Positions 9,506-19,280 of a stretch of DNA of 64,000 bases are shown here, in pieces; within the stretch, counting starts at the first letter, position 1; each line of letters starts with the position of its first letter. The notes below the pieces were generated by a model. It was not told where the DNA came from. It saw nothing but the letters and a program-made list of their open reading frames with translations, and made no database searches. A program made the translations under genes and the position numbers. Origin of the DNA: a virus; IMG/VR virus record IMGVR_UViG_3300038425_000083, positions 1-64,000 of that record. One strand, 5' to 3'.

Positions 9506-9519
9506 TTATATAAATTAAA
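9506..9519 (+). promoter_or_regulatory. candidate phage late promoter TTATATAAATTAAA
   Basis: The identical 14-mer occurs at 63857-63870. Both copies lie just upstream of a gene start. Confidence 0.4.
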
Positions 9520-9527
9520 TTGTAGAG

Positions 9528-11171
9528 ATGAAAGGCCTTTCCAGACGTAAGAGTAAGTCCATGGAAAAAGAGGCGGAATTTATGATACCAAATTTACAAA
9601 ATCTCGGATACCCACCTAATCTAAACCCATTTGACGGATATGTCCCAAGACGTATCATGGGTTCAGCTCGAAAGTACGAAAACAAACTCTTCTCCAATTC
9701 AAAGTATTACATCGAAACACTTTGTACGATTATAGATAAAGATCGAAATGAAATTCCTTTCATATTTAATCCCTCCCAAGTTAGGTTCTATAGAGAAAGA
9801 ACAACTGCAGACATAATTCTTAAACCCCGCCAGGTTGGATTCACAACAGAAAACTTAGCACTCGATCTACATGATACAATGACCGTCCCGAATACAGTAT
9901 CGTATCTTGTTGCACAAACAGAGAAGGATGCGAGTGATCTATTTGAACGTGTCTTATTCATGTACAGCTCAATACCGGATGGATTTAAACCAAGAGCAAG
10001 ACGTGGAGGAACAAAGAAAGAAATCTATTTTGATAAGATCAATAGTAAGTATGCAATAGGAAGTGCTGAGGCAAAGGACTTTGGAAGATCAAAGACTATC
10101 AACAACTTATTGATCTCAGAAGCAAGTCATCCTTATTGGAAGAAAGAACTACTTGATGGGTTGTTAGAGTCTGTCCCAAGATCAGGACGTATAACGATAG
10201 AGAGTACAGCAAGAGGTGAAGGCGGGCCATTCTATGAAATGTATTTTGCTGCTAAGAAAGGCCTGACGAAGTATAAATCCCATTACTTTAGGTGGTTTGA
10301 ACATCCAGAGTACAGAGAACCTTTACTACCGGGTGAAAAGAAACAGATCATGGAGAACTTGGACCCGGAAGAGAAGGCACTTGTCAAAAAGTTCGGCCTC
10401 GATGCTAATCAAATCAAATGGAGACGTTTAAAGAAAGCTGAGAAAGGACGTGCATTTATTCAAGAGTATCCTGAATGGGAAGACGTAGATGCTTTCCTTA
10501 AATCAGGATCACCTATCTTTGATGTTGACAAGTTAAAGCTAAGAGATGAAGAGTTACTTGAACAAATACCTGCTCAGATATGGTTAGGTGGCGATCTATA
10601 TATATATAGAGTTGGAGAAGTCAATGCTCGATACTTCGTAGGAGCAGACACGTCAGAAGGAGATATTAATTCAGATTACTCGGCTGCTATGGTTATTAGG
10701 ACATTCCCTCTTCCGTTTGAACAAGTTGCCTTACTTCATGGAAGATGGAGCCCGGATATCTTTAGCGAAAAGGTTTACAAGTTAGCTCGTGCTTATAACT
10801 ATGCTCCGCTTGCTATTGAAAGAAACAATCATGGACATGCAGTTATACTTAACATTGGAAATGGTATTGTTAGAAATGGAGCGGTCGTCCTACCACCTTA
10901 CCCGAATATCTATGTCGGGCCTGACCGTAAGCTTGGATGGAACACCACTCCTCTATCAAAACCTCAGATGATTGCAGAACTTGATCGGGCAATGAACGCA
11001 AGCGAGATAGTTATTAACTCGAAAGTCTTTATAAGTGAAGCACGTAAGTTTGTTAACCTGAAGGGCGGAGGTATGGGAGTTCCTGCTGCAGTAGGTAATG
11101 ATGACACCGTGATTGCGACTGCAATCGCTGTAATGGCGGCGGCCGGAAGTAAATTTCAATTCTTTATGTAA
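9528..11171 (+). CDS. terL: terminase large subunit
   Basis: Walker A ILKPRQVGFTT, Walker B LLISE, coupling motif IESTA, RNase H-like nuclease motifs GADTSEG, IERN and NDDTVIA. Confidence 0.95.
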   Translation: MKGLSRRKSKSMEKEAEFMIPNLQNLGYPPNLNPFDGYVPRRIMGSARKYENKLFSNSKYYIETLCTIIDKDRNEIPFIFNPSQVRFYRERTTADIILKPRQVGFTTENLALDLHDTMTVPNTVSYLVAQTEKDASDLFERVLFMYSSIPDGFKPRARRGGTKKEIYFDKINSKYAIGSAEAKDFGRSKTINNLLISEASHPYWKKELLDGLLESVPRSGRITIESTARGEGGPFYEMYFAAKKGLTKYKSHYFRWFEHPEYREPLLPGEKKQIMENLDPEEKALVKKFGLDANQIKWRRLKKAEKGRAFIQEYPEWEDVDAFLKSGSPIFDVDKLKLRDEELLEQIPAQIWLGGDLYIYRVGEVNARYFVGADTSEGDINSDYSAAMVIRTFPLPFEQVALLHGRWSPDIFSEKVYKLARAYNYAPLAIERNNHGHAVILNIGNGIVRNGAVVLPPYPNIYVGPDRKLGWNTTPLSKPQMIAELDRAMNASEIVINSKVFISEARKFVNLKGGGMGVPAAVGNDDTVIATAIAVMAAAGSKFQFFM

Positions 11172-11197
11172 GTTAGGAGCAATCTGGACCGGTCAAA

Positions 11198-11240
11198 ATT
11201 TACCATAATGTTTACGATACTTTAGATAGAAATGCTTTAC
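11198..11240 (+). repeat. non-coding repeat, copy 1 (ATTTACCATAATGTTTACGATACTTTAGATAGAAATGCTTTA)
   Basis: 36 of 39 nt identical to 11454-11492; core also at 12041, 40001 and 40391. Confidence 0.85.
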
Positions 11241-11283
11241 TCTGGGCAAAGGACTCTGGCACTTATATGGTTATAACTACATT

Positions 11284-11454
11284 ATGATATTTAACAACCA
11301 GAAGATTATAGGGACTAAGACATACGTGATAGATGGAGAAATCTATACTGTCAATGTAGTTGAAGCCTATGCCAAAGAACTACCAACAGGTTATGTAGTT
11401 GTATCAGAAGAACTCTGGAAGAAATTGACGAAACAAAAGTGCAAAACAATTTGA
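11284..11454 (+). CDS. hypothetical protein (56 aa) between repeat copies 1 and 2
   Basis: MIFNNQKIIG...KCKTI; the stop codon overlaps the start of repeat copy 2. Confidence 0.45.
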   Translation: MIFNNQKIIGTKTYVIDGEIYTVNVVEAYAKELPTGYVVVSEELWKKLTKQKCKTI

Positions 11455-11492
11455 CCATAATGTTTACAATAGTTTAGATAGAAATGCTTTAT
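11450..11492 (+). repeat. non-coding repeat, copy 2
   Basis: TTTGACCATAATGTTTACAATAGTTTAGATAGAAATGCTTTAT. Confidence 0.85.
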
Positions 11493-11719
11493 CTATGATG
11501 ATACTTCTTGGATTTGATTATGGGAACAGGAGCTAAATGGTATTGTGTAGGATGCGGGAGAGAACTTGAACCTTATCAGCTCGATCCCGAGACCGGGTTA
11601 TGCTGGCATTGTGAAAGCACAAGAGAAAGTAACACCGTGAATGATCAGGCTTATGAGTATGAATACATAACTAAAGGAATAGAATGGATGAACAAAGGAA
11701 CGAACGATGGGAGAGTGCT

Positions 11720-11920
11720 ATGATAACACATAAGATACGTGAAGATGGAAAGATAGCGTTTCGTAAACCTTGTGTACCTCCGGATGATCCTTTTAATTTT
11801 TATGAGTTCGTAGTTCTTGATGCCAGGGAACTCATGGAATTAGCCAAAGCGGTTCAAATGGCAGAGTTCGAATATTGTCGAAAGTTTAAGTGTAGTCTTG
11901 ACCAAGCAAAATGTTTTTAG
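11720..11920 (+). CDS. hypothetical protein, paralog of 13689..13967
   Basis: HKIREDGKIAF...DARELMELAK...Y.RKFK matches HKIEDDGKILF...DTRDLVDLSK...Y.KKFK. Confidence 0.65.
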   Translation: MITHKIREDGKIAFRKPCVPPDDPFNFYEFVVLDARELMELAKAVQMAEFEYCRKFKCSLDQAKCF

Positions 11921-12036
11921 GGACCGTGATGATAAACATAACTGAACTTAGCATTGTGGTAGGAACTATTTTGTTATTTTTAATTTTAGAGATACTCAGC
12001 AATTAGATGGTTCATCATCTTCAGCGCCAAGGACAT

Positions 12037-12067
12037 ATTTACCATAATGTTTTCGGTAGTTTAGATA
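12037..12067 (+). repeat. non-coding repeat, copy 3
   Basis: ATTTACCATAATGTTTTCGGTAGTTTAGATA. Confidence 0.8.
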
Positions 12068-12099
12068 TTTTAAGATCTACCAACCCTAAAGGAGAAAAA

Positions 12100-12303
12100 A
12101 TGGCAATCATACCAGCAGAGATAAAAGAATTTGTATTTACAAATAGTGGAACAACTGTGACTAAGAAATTTACTTCATCGATTGCCTATACTGTTGTTAT
12201 ACGAAGAGGGGATTTAGTTCTTAACCTAACAGGTCCAGAGTTTGATGCCTTCTTTGAAGTAGTCAGCGATGCAAATGATCAGCAATACACTGATCCAGTA
12301 TAG
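12100..12303 (+). CDS. hypothetical protein
   Basis: ATG after AAGGAG, downstream of repeat copy 3. Confidence 0.6.
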   Translation: MAIIPAEIKEFVFTNSGTTVTKKFTSSIAYTVVIRRGDLVLNLTGPEFDAFFEVVSDANDQQYTDPV

Positions 12304-12318
12304 AGGGGTGGTGATTAT

Positions 12319-12462
12319 ATGTTAACAGTTATGATTGTTTTGGCGATTATAGCTATCGTAGCAACTGTTGTTGCAGCATCGGGGCATTGTCCATTGTGGG
12401 CTCCCGTATTTATTCTCTGTGTTATTGAATTGCTGCGGGTGCTTCCGTTAGGTAAGCCGTAA
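12319..12462 (+). CDS. small membrane protein (47 aa, not in the ORF track)
   Basis: MLTVMIVLAIIAIVATVVAASGHCPLWAPVFILCVIELLRVLP..., two hydrophobic segments, GAGGGGTG SD. Confidence 0.6.
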   Translation: MLTVMIVLAIIAIVATVVAASGHCPLWAPVFILCVIELLRVLPLGKP

Positions 12463-12480
12463 GATTGAAAAGGAGAAGAG

Positions 12481-12852
12481 ATGAGACAAGCTGAAATAAC
12501 TACAATAGACGAAGAGTTCAGAAGTAGACATCCTGGCCCAGTAGTAGATGGCTTAGAGAAGTCTAGCGAATCTGCTAAGAAAGCCTGGCAAACAAGACGT
12601 AGAGGATTTAAGGGTATACGAAAAGTTATCCCAAGAGTCGGGAGAACAAAAGCGGAACAAGAGTTCTTGAAGAAAGAGAACAAGGGAATCCAAAAGCTTT
12701 ATGCCGATGTCTATGGTAAAAAGAAAGCAAGCAAGATCCTTCAACACGTCAAGGAGGCTACTCGGCAAGGTTTGATAAAGCCTGGCATGAAGAAGACTCC
12801 GAGCAAATGGAAAGAGTATCTAAAGAAACGTGAGATAGAAGCAGGCAACTAA
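12481..12852 (+). CDS. tagged basic protein (putative internal head protein)
   Basis: ITTIDEEF leader and LEK-SSESAKKAWQTRR tag. Confidence 0.6.
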   Translation: MRQAEITTIDEEFRSRHPGPVVDGLEKSSESAKKAWQTRRRGFKGIRKVIPRVGRTKAEQEFLKKENKGIQKLYADVYGKKKASKILQHVKEATRQGLIKPGMKKTPSKWKEYLKKREIEAGN

Positions 12853-13664
12853 TGAGTTGGTGCGACCTTAGTGGATTGAGATTTGGCAAAGTAACAGTCG
12901 AAAACATGGCAGGCTCCACTACGAAGAGTTTGTTATGGAGATGTATATGTGATTGTGGCAGCGAAATTGTAGTAGAGACAAATGCCCTCACTAATACTTT
13001 AAGTTGTGGACATTGTAAACCTGGCATAAGAAAGAGAGCAAAGACTAAACCTAATTATAGACATCATTGCAACATAAACTTTGTAGATAATCCCAACGAG
13101 GCAACCGACCTAACAGAAGGGAGACGTGCTGAATATAATCCGAAATACCAGTATGAGGGTCGATGGAAAGCCGACGTTGAACGTTATGAGAGGAGACATG
13201 AAATGATTTGTGAAAGATGCGGATGTGAACTGAAGATGGGTCTTGGTGATTTAACAAGAGGACAAGTTGTTGAACTTCTCGAGCAGGCCGTTCTGGATAA
13301 GAAGATAGATGATATCAAATTGTTCCGGTATGAAGGAAGTCGTGGAGCTTGGCCTTTTACCAAAGAGGAGGAAGCAATCTTAAGAAGTTATCTGCCTGGC
13401 TTCGAAGCCTATGAGTCAGGGGTTAGAAGAGTTATAAGAACAGATTCAGATCAACCCCCAGGCAAGAGAAAGTTTGTTAGAAAAGTTAGAACCAAAGATC
13501 GTAAGATGGAAGAACCTCCTGATCTTGAAGAGTTTGGGAAGAGTCTAAGAAACTTTGGAAGAGTTTCTGGTATAACAGGACGAGAAGGTCTTGACCTTAA
13601 TGATGTAACGATTGGAAGAGACGAGTATGACCAAACTCCAAGGGACGATCCGGCAAACTTTTAA
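12852..13664 (+). CDS. fusion of an HNH/AP2-associated N-terminal Cys domain with a domain paralogous to 15006..15410; contains RRVIR
   Basis: DLSGLRFGKVTV...WRCICDCG...SCG N-terminus. LTRGQVVELLEQAVLD...ILRSY aligns with LTKRSAIDLLEKAVMD...ILLSY. Confidence 0.55.
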   Translation: MSWCDLSGLRFGKVTVENMAGSTTKSLLWRCICDCGSEIVVETNALTNTLSCGHCKPGIRKRAKTKPNYRHHCNINFVDNPNEATDLTEGRRAEYNPKYQYEGRWKADVERYERRHEMICERCGCELKMGLGDLTRGQVVELLEQAVLDKKIDDIKLFRYEGSRGAWPFTKEEEAILRSYLPGFEAYESGVRRVIRTDSDQPPGKRKFVRKVRTKDRKMEEPPDLEEFGKSLRNFGRVSGITGREGLDLNDVTIGRDEYDQTPRDDPANF

Positions 13665-13688
13665 AACATAAAAGTAAAGGAGCCTGTT

Positions 13689-13967
13689 ATGTGGAAACAT
13701 AAAATTGAAGATGACGGTAAGATTTTATTCTGGAAAGATGAAGAGAATGATGGAGGACAAAGTCCATCGGAACAAAAGATGCAGACGTTTTGGATTTGGG
13801 ATACAAGAGATCTTGTCGATCTAAGCAAGGACATCGACCAGGCAAAGCTTGACTATTCTAAAAAGTTTAAACACAATCATTCAAAAGAAGCTCGGAGAGT
13901 TATAAGAACAGAAAATGATTCCTCTCCGATGAGAATGAGAAAGTTTGAAGGACTTGTAGTACAATAG
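13689..13967 (+). CDS. hypothetical protein with RRVIR, paralog of 11720..11920
   Basis: SD AAGGAG; similarity visible by eye. Confidence 0.65.
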   Translation: MWKHKIEDDGKILFWKDEENDGGQSPSEQKMQTFWIWDTRDLVDLSKDIDQAKLDYSKKFKHNHSKEARRVIRTENDSSPMRMRKFEGLVVQ

Positions 13968-13975
13968 GAGCTCAC

Positions 13976-14821
13976 ATGATTGTTAAAGAAAAAGGCGGGT
14001 GGAGTGTTAAGTCAGAGAAGGGTAAAAACCTTGGGGGCCCATACAAGTCTCGAGCTCAGGCTAAGAAACGTCTTGCAGAGGTTGAGAAGTTCAAACACAT
14101 GAATAAATCAGTATCAAGCTATAAGACACAATCTCCCTGGCCTTGGGAAAAAAGTATACCAGATCAGTTTTATTACATCAATGAAGGCGGAGCCGATCTT
14201 GCAAAGACATCTGAAGGAGCTCGTAAAGCATGGGAGACACGTAGATCGGGTGGAAGTCGTAGGACAGAACCTTTCCGATCAGGCGAGCCCAGGTTCACGA
14301 AAGAGGAAGAAGAGAAAGCTAAGCAGCCTACATGGGATAGTGTCCAGAAAGAAAAGGATGAATTGATTGGAATAGCCAGAGCTCATGGGATTGAAGTTGT
14401 AGATAGTTCTTATAACACTTTAGGAATCAAAGACCCGGAGAAGAAAGCAGACATATATGAAGGAAATGTTTCATTAAAGTTTTATCCCACACCGGTCGAA
14501 AGAGCAGGACAACCATTTAGTGCCCCTTGGACTAACGATCAGCATAAAGATATGATGGCTAAGTTTCAGCATATTAGAGATCAGGCAAAAGAGAAAGGGT
14601 GGAAAGTTGAGCCTCGAGCATTGCCCAATGTTCTTATAAGAGGCAAGTCAATAGGAAGTGCCCGAGCAGGAACAAGTCGATGGATGCCTTCATACTATGT
14701 GACATATCTTACTAAGCAGGCACTTATGACTGCAGCTCCACAACTGAAACCAAGACGACAGATGCAACTTGACAAAACTCTTTATGTTGTCTTGGACTTG
14801 AAGAAGTCAAGAGAGGATTAA
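13976..14821 (+). CDS. tagged multi-module protein (putative internal head protein)
   Basis: N-terminal IVKEKGGWSVKSEKGKNLG...AKKRL module, LAK-TSEGARKAWETRR tag, C-terminal LYVVLDLKKS. Confidence 0.6.
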   Translation: MIVKEKGGWSVKSEKGKNLGGPYKSRAQAKKRLAEVEKFKHMNKSVSSYKTQSPWPWEKSIPDQFYYINEGGADLAKTSEGARKAWETRRSGGSRRTEPFRSGEPRFTKEEEEKAKQPTWDSVQKEKDELIGIARAHGIEVVDSSYNTLGIKDPEKKADIYEGNVSLKFYPTPVERAGQPFSAPWTNDQHKDMMAKFQHIRDQAKEKGWKVEPRALPNVLIRGKSIGSARAGTSRWMPSYYVTYLTKQALMTAAPQLKPRRQMQLDKTLYVVLDLKKSRED

Positions 14822-15005
14822 ATGACAGTCAAAGACTTATTTGAAAAGTGGTGGTCTGTTTGGCATTTGAGAGAAGGAATGGGCCCCGTGCCTGAAGAGC
14901 TAACAGTTAGGCACAAACTTGGCCCCGATGATCCAGGTGGTACATGGATGCTTAAAAATTTATTATACATAGCCTTTGTTGAAGGATACAAAGAACGGAA
15001 ATAAT

Positions 15006-15410
15006 ATGGCACTTACAAAACGATCAGCTATCGATCTTTTAGAAAAGGCTGTCATGGATGGTAAGTTGCCTGACAGTTTACTTTATCAAGTTGAAGGTGG
15101 GGAAAGGGTTAAGCTTGATGAAAAGCAAGCTGGTATTCTCTTGTCTTATACAGAAGACTTCAAACCAACCTTCAGACCAAGCCGTCCTCCTTTACCGGCA
15201 AGGACTATTGAAAAGATTTCAGAAGACCTTAAAGACATCTACAAGATGAGAAGAGATGCCCAGTTTCATCGTCCAGCATATCAAGTCTTTGATAATAGAG
15301 TAAGATACACAAGAGAGGAATGGCAGAAGTTAGAGAAAGCCGAACAAGCAAAAGAAGATGCTAAGTACTCGTTCCCTAAAGCGAGAAGAGTTATAAGGTG
15401 TGAGGGATAA
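15006..15410 (+). CDS. hypothetical protein with C-terminal RRVIR
   Basis: Paralog of the C-terminal half of 12852..13664. Confidence 0.6.
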   Translation: MALTKRSAIDLLEKAVMDGKLPDSLLYQVEGGERVKLDEKQAGILLSYTEDFKPTFRPSRPPLPARTIEKISEDLKDIYKMRRDAQFHRPAYQVFDNRVRYTREEWQKLEKAEQAKEDAKYSFPKARRVIRCEG

Positions 15411-15412
15411 TT

Positions 15413-18400
15413 ATGGAATACGTCATTATAGAGAAATCAGCTGAAGGTTCTAAACGAGCATGGCAAACACGTAAACATGGCGGTTCTCATAAAGAAGCAG
15501 AGAAGCCTAAACCTAAAGGCCCGGAGATAGACGCTCTTTTAACTAAGGAAGATAAGCTAAAAGAACAAGCTCTAAGAAAAGAAGTCGAAGTTTTTTCTGA
15601 CGGCGACCTTTCTGCTTATGTCCAAGTCCTGCGGAAAAAGTTACAAACGAAATCCTGGAACGAATTAAATGATTATGAGAAAAGATTTTATCCTCTTGTT
15701 CTTGATGAGCAAAGCAGGAGAAGACGTAAAGCTCTTGGGGCTATATTTGCTATAGAGATACCAGAGGTGCGTCTTGAAGATGTCAAGGAAAGAAAATCTC
15801 AACCAAGGAAGGTTTTAATGAATTCACTTCATGTAATCATAGAAAAATCAAGTGAAGGTGCTAAGAGAGCATGGGAAACAAGAAGACATGGTGGAAAGCA
15901 TCTTGGCCCCGAGAAGCCAAAGTCAGCAAAGAAAGAGTTATCAGAAAGAGTTAGAGAACTTTCAGATGAACAACTTCAAGCTACTCATGAAAGGCTTGAC
16001 AAGATACCATATTCCCAGATGAAGCCTGATGAAAGGAGACTATCTCATCTTGTAGCTTATGAACTGATAGAAAGAAAGAGATTAAGACCCATTTCTCAAG
16101 ACCCAATGGGAAGTCTTGCCAGGCAGGCTGCTAAAAAGGAAAGCGATGAACAGAGACTAAGAAGGAAGGGGCCTATTGAAACCCCTGGATTACCTGAAAG
16201 AGAACCTGAAGTTGTTGAAGAATTTAAAGTTGGAGACAAAGTCAAACATCCTACTTATGGAGAAGGAGTTGTTAGTGAAGTTCGCAAGATGAAAACCGGG
16301 ACACCAGTTTATTATGTTAAGTATCCAGGGCGTGATTTGGCCTTCGCTCATGGAGACGAAGAGCTTGAAAAGGTTGAAGACGTAGCTAAGCCCAAAGAAG
16401 AAGTAAGCATGGGTACCAAAGTTCAGAAGTTAAAAGATAAGATCGAACAACAGCAAGCCGAACGGTATGCGAAAGACTATCCTCATGTTGAACCTCCTAA
16501 AGTTACAGTCAAAGAGGGAGGGAAATACATTCGAGTTGACGTTGGAACTTCTGGCAAATACATGGTTGAGAAGGACACCGGGAACATCTATGGTATCAAA
16601 GGCTACGGAGTTATTCATAGAGGTCATTTCTATGGGACTTTGGATACGATAGATGATTTTAACTGGGGCGACTATGCAGCGTTTAGGACATTGTCTTTGA
16701 AAGATAGAGAATTCAAGGCTGAAAAGCCAGCTGAGCCGTCAGGTGTTGTTAGCATGGATACAGTCAAAGAAGATGTTAAGAAAATGCAAGAGAAGATCAA
16801 TGCTCCTTGGGTTCATGTCCAGTCTTCAGATTTAGGTGGAGCAAAGAACGTTTCTATAATCATAAAAGCCTCGATGCAAAAGAAAGAAGAGTGGCATAAT
16901 AACATACTACAGAACTCTCCCTATACAATGTTTCATTTGCTAACAGGTGGGGTGTTAGAGCAATTTCAAAGAAGCCCTGATTTGGATAAACTCGGAGCAT
17001 TTAGAAAGACAAAAGTTAAGAGTGTGGTTGAAGCTATTCAAAAGATCAATAGCTATTTGAATCCACCATTACCGCCAAGGAGAAAAATGCAGATCAAGAA
17101 GGGACAGATGTTTGTTATCATAGAGAAAGCCAGAAAGATTGGTTCTAAAGATAGTAAGAAGAGAAAGCGTAGAGGACAGAAAGAAAAAGAATTATATGAA
17201 TTTTCTCACAAAGCAGCGTATGGACATTTGCCGTCATCTTCAACTCCATTTAAAGATGACTCCATTAGATTCAAGAAAGCTGATATCCAGGTTCAACCAT
17301 TCACAAGGACAGTCAAGGGAAAGTTTCAAAGAGTTCAACAGTTCTTTAGACCTGGCAAGGAAAGCTATCCAGGAACAGAGAAGGGAGTTAATGACTTCAT
17401 AAAGGATCATGTCGGACTTAGCAACTATGGGCATATCGTTGCAGACGAAGCAAAGAAGGAAGTTGATGTTGACGTTGCTGCGACAAACGCTTTTATGTCT
17501 GTTATGGGTCATGTTGTTGATAAAAAGGAGAAGCCGTCCTTAATCGCTAAAATAGGGTCTAAAATCATTTCAAGAGGTGAACAGCCTACAATCCTTAGGC
17601 AGTTAGTCCAGAAAGATAAAAAAGCCTTCCAGGGGCTTTTAAAAGAACTCTTTAATAGGGTTCATGGGGATGTTAGAGAATTTAAGATGGAAATGGGCAA
17701 GTCCGTTGAAGGAATGCCTGTTGAATCGGTTAGAGCTCTTGCTGTTAGCCAGGCCATGAGAGAACTCAAAAAATCAAAATCTCCCGAGAAGGAAGAACAT
17801 TGGAAGTGTAATAAGTGTGGGCATGAATTAGATGCCCCACATGAAGAAATGCTTAAAAGAATGGTGACTTGTCCTGAATGTGGAGGAGCAATGGAGGAAC
17901 TTAAGAAAGCTGGCTCAAGCGATGCTGCTCATAAAGCATGGCTTAAAAGAGAAGCCGAAAGAAGAGCTCTAAGAACAAGAGAGCGTGAAGGAACTAAGTT
18001 AGATGAACTCTCAGGACTTCAAGAAGCTGCAAGGAAAACCCGGGAACGAATATTTGCTCCAGGGAGAACAGTTGAAACTCGGGGTAAGCGTCAGCTTACA
18101 GGAAAGGTAGTCAGGATAGTTGGAGATGCCCAGGCAAAAGTTCAATGGGAAGGTGGGTTGATAACCATTGAGCCACTCATAGATTTAAAGCCAAAAGTTG
18201 ATTTAGATATAAATCATCATGACCACATAGTTAAGAAGGGAACGTCAGAAGGAGCAAAGAAGGCCTGGTCACAAATGCAACATCAAGTTGCAAAGATTGC
18301 AGGTGTTCAAGAGAAGGTTAGAACTAAACAAAAGAATCAAGAAGAGATAGAACGACAAAAGAAACTTAAAGAAGGGGCCAAAAGTCTCAAGCGATTGGGT

Positions 18401-18436
18401 AAGCTTGGAATTTGGGGGAATAAAAATGATAGGTAA
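15413..18436 (+). CDS. 1007-aa tagged polyprotein-like protein (SH3/KOW-like modules, Zn ribbon)
   Basis: Four SEGAKKAW-type tags and several EK-S/KK-A junctions; FKVGDKVKHPTYGEGVV, CNKC/CPEC, and a second SH3-like segment. Confidence 0.65.
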   Translation: MEYVIIEKSAEGSKRAWQTRKHGGSHKEAEKPKPKGPEIDALLTKEDKLKEQALRKEVEVFSDGDLSAYVQVLRKKLQTKSWNELNDYEKRFYPLVLDEQSRRRRKALGAIFAIEIPEVRLEDVKERKSQPRKVLMNSLHVIIEKSSEGAKRAWETRRHGGKHLGPEKPKSAKKELSERVRELSDEQLQATHERLDKIPYSQMKPDERRLSHLVAYELIERKRLRPISQDPMGSLARQAAKKESDEQRLRRKGPIETPGLPEREPEVVEEFKVGDKVKHPTYGEGVVSEVRKMKTGTPVYYVKYPGRDLAFAHGDEELEKVEDVAKPKEEVSMGTKVQKLKDKIEQQQAERYAKDYPHVEPPKVTVKEGGKYIRVDVGTSGKYMVEKDTGNIYGIKGYGVIHRGHFYGTLDTIDDFNWGDYAAFRTLSLKDREFKAEKPAEPSGVVSMDTVKEDVKKMQEKINAPWVHVQSSDLGGAKNVSIIIKASMQKKEEWHNNILQNSPYTMFHLLTGGVLEQFQRSPDLDKLGAFRKTKVKSVVEAIQKINSYLNPPLPPRRKMQIKKGQMFVIIEKARKIGSKDSKKRKRRGQKEKELYEFSHKAAYGHLPSSSTPFKDDSIRFKKADIQVQPFTRTVKGKFQRVQQFFRPGKESYPGTEKGVNDFIKDHVGLSNYGHIVADEAKKEVDVDVAATNAFMSVMGHVVDKKEKPSLIAKIGSKIISRGEQPTILRQLVQKDKKAFQGLLKELFNRVHGDVREFKMEMGKSVEGMPVESVRALAVSQAMRELKKSKSPEKEEHWKCNKCGHELDAPHEEMLKRMVTCPECGGAMEELKKAGSSDAAHKAWLKREAERRALRTREREGTKLDELSGLQEAARKTRERIFAPGRTVETRGKRQLTGKVVRIVGDAQAKVQWEGGLITIEPLIDLKPKVDLDINHHDHIVKKGTSEGAKKAWSQMQHQVAKIAGVQEKVRTKQKNQEEIERQKKLKEGAKSLKRLGKLGIWGNKNDR

Positions 18437-18507
18437 AAGATTTGGTAAGTTGATAGTTTGGATCAAAAAGGCCTACGAACATTCTTTTAAAGCAGGGAGG
18501 TTTGCAA

Positions 18508-18909
18508 ATGAGAAGTAATCTAAAGAAACTTTTTATTGTGTCTCTATTGGTATGTTTGATTCCATCAATAGTGTTTGGCATCAATCCAACTTTTGCAGAA
18601 GTTAAACGACTAGCCCTAACTGCTAAAGTAGATTCAAGAGGTGATTATTTTCTAAACAAGATAGTCGTTGATAGGGATGGTGAGAAGATCGTCTTTATTC
18701 TTGGCTATCTTTCCGATTTCAAGAATGTTGGAGTACTGGTGAATAAGGGGGATACAACAGTTGTTGTTTGCTTTGATGAAAGTACAGGGATTTATGATTC
18801 TGATCTCACAGTTGGAGGTCAGAGGTTCACTAAGAACATTAGCGAAGAAGAAGCAACGGTCTTTGTAAAGAAAGTTTTAAAAATTTTCAAGGAAGGAGTG
18901 GATGCCTAA
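18508..18909 (+). CDS. secreted or membrane-anchored hypothetical protein
   Basis: Signal-peptide-like N-terminus; SD GGGAGG. Confidence 0.55.
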   Translation: MRSNLKKLFIVSLLVCLIPSIVFGINPTFAEVKRLALTAKVDSRGDYFLNKIVVDRDGEKIVFILGYLSDFKNVGVLVNKGDTTVVVCFDESTGIYDSDLTVGGQRFTKNISEEEATVFVKKVLKIFKEGVDA

Positions 18910-19280
18910 TGGAAAACGAATATTATACGACGCTTTGTTGTGCTATGACTCCGAGAAGAGTCATAAGAACAAGTGAAGACAAGCCGGGTAAGGTTTGTGA
19001 GCCTGTTGAAACGGAACCCAAAGGATGGATTTGCCCAAGATGTGGGAAGTCTAATTCTCCGGAAGTTAGAGTGTGTGGTTGTTTGATACTACCGGGAACA
19101 TTAGATCAACCGAATACATTCCCTGGCTTAAATCCGTTTGTTAATCCGTTTGTCGAACCTCTTTCTCCAAGTTTGCCAAATACAGGAGGATGGCCGGGGT
19201 CGGGAGTAACTGTAACAACTGACAATGTAACTTGGCGTTTTGCGAATGAGCTCATTTTAGGAGGTAGTAATGGATCTTAA
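18909..19280 (+). CDS. Zn-ribbon protein with RRVIR
   Basis: GWICPRCGKSNSP...C; RRVIR at 18954. Confidence 0.6.
   Translation: MENEYYTTLCCAMTPRRVIRTSEDKPGKVCEPVETEPKGWICPRCGKSNSPEVRVCGCLILPGTLDQPNTFPGLNPFVNPFVEPLSPSLPNTGGWPGSGVTVTTDNVTWRFANELILGGSNGS

Noticed and set aside
11198-12067. CRISPR array
   Set aside because: Only three local copies, 252 and 587 nt apart, with ORFs between them; no cas genes.
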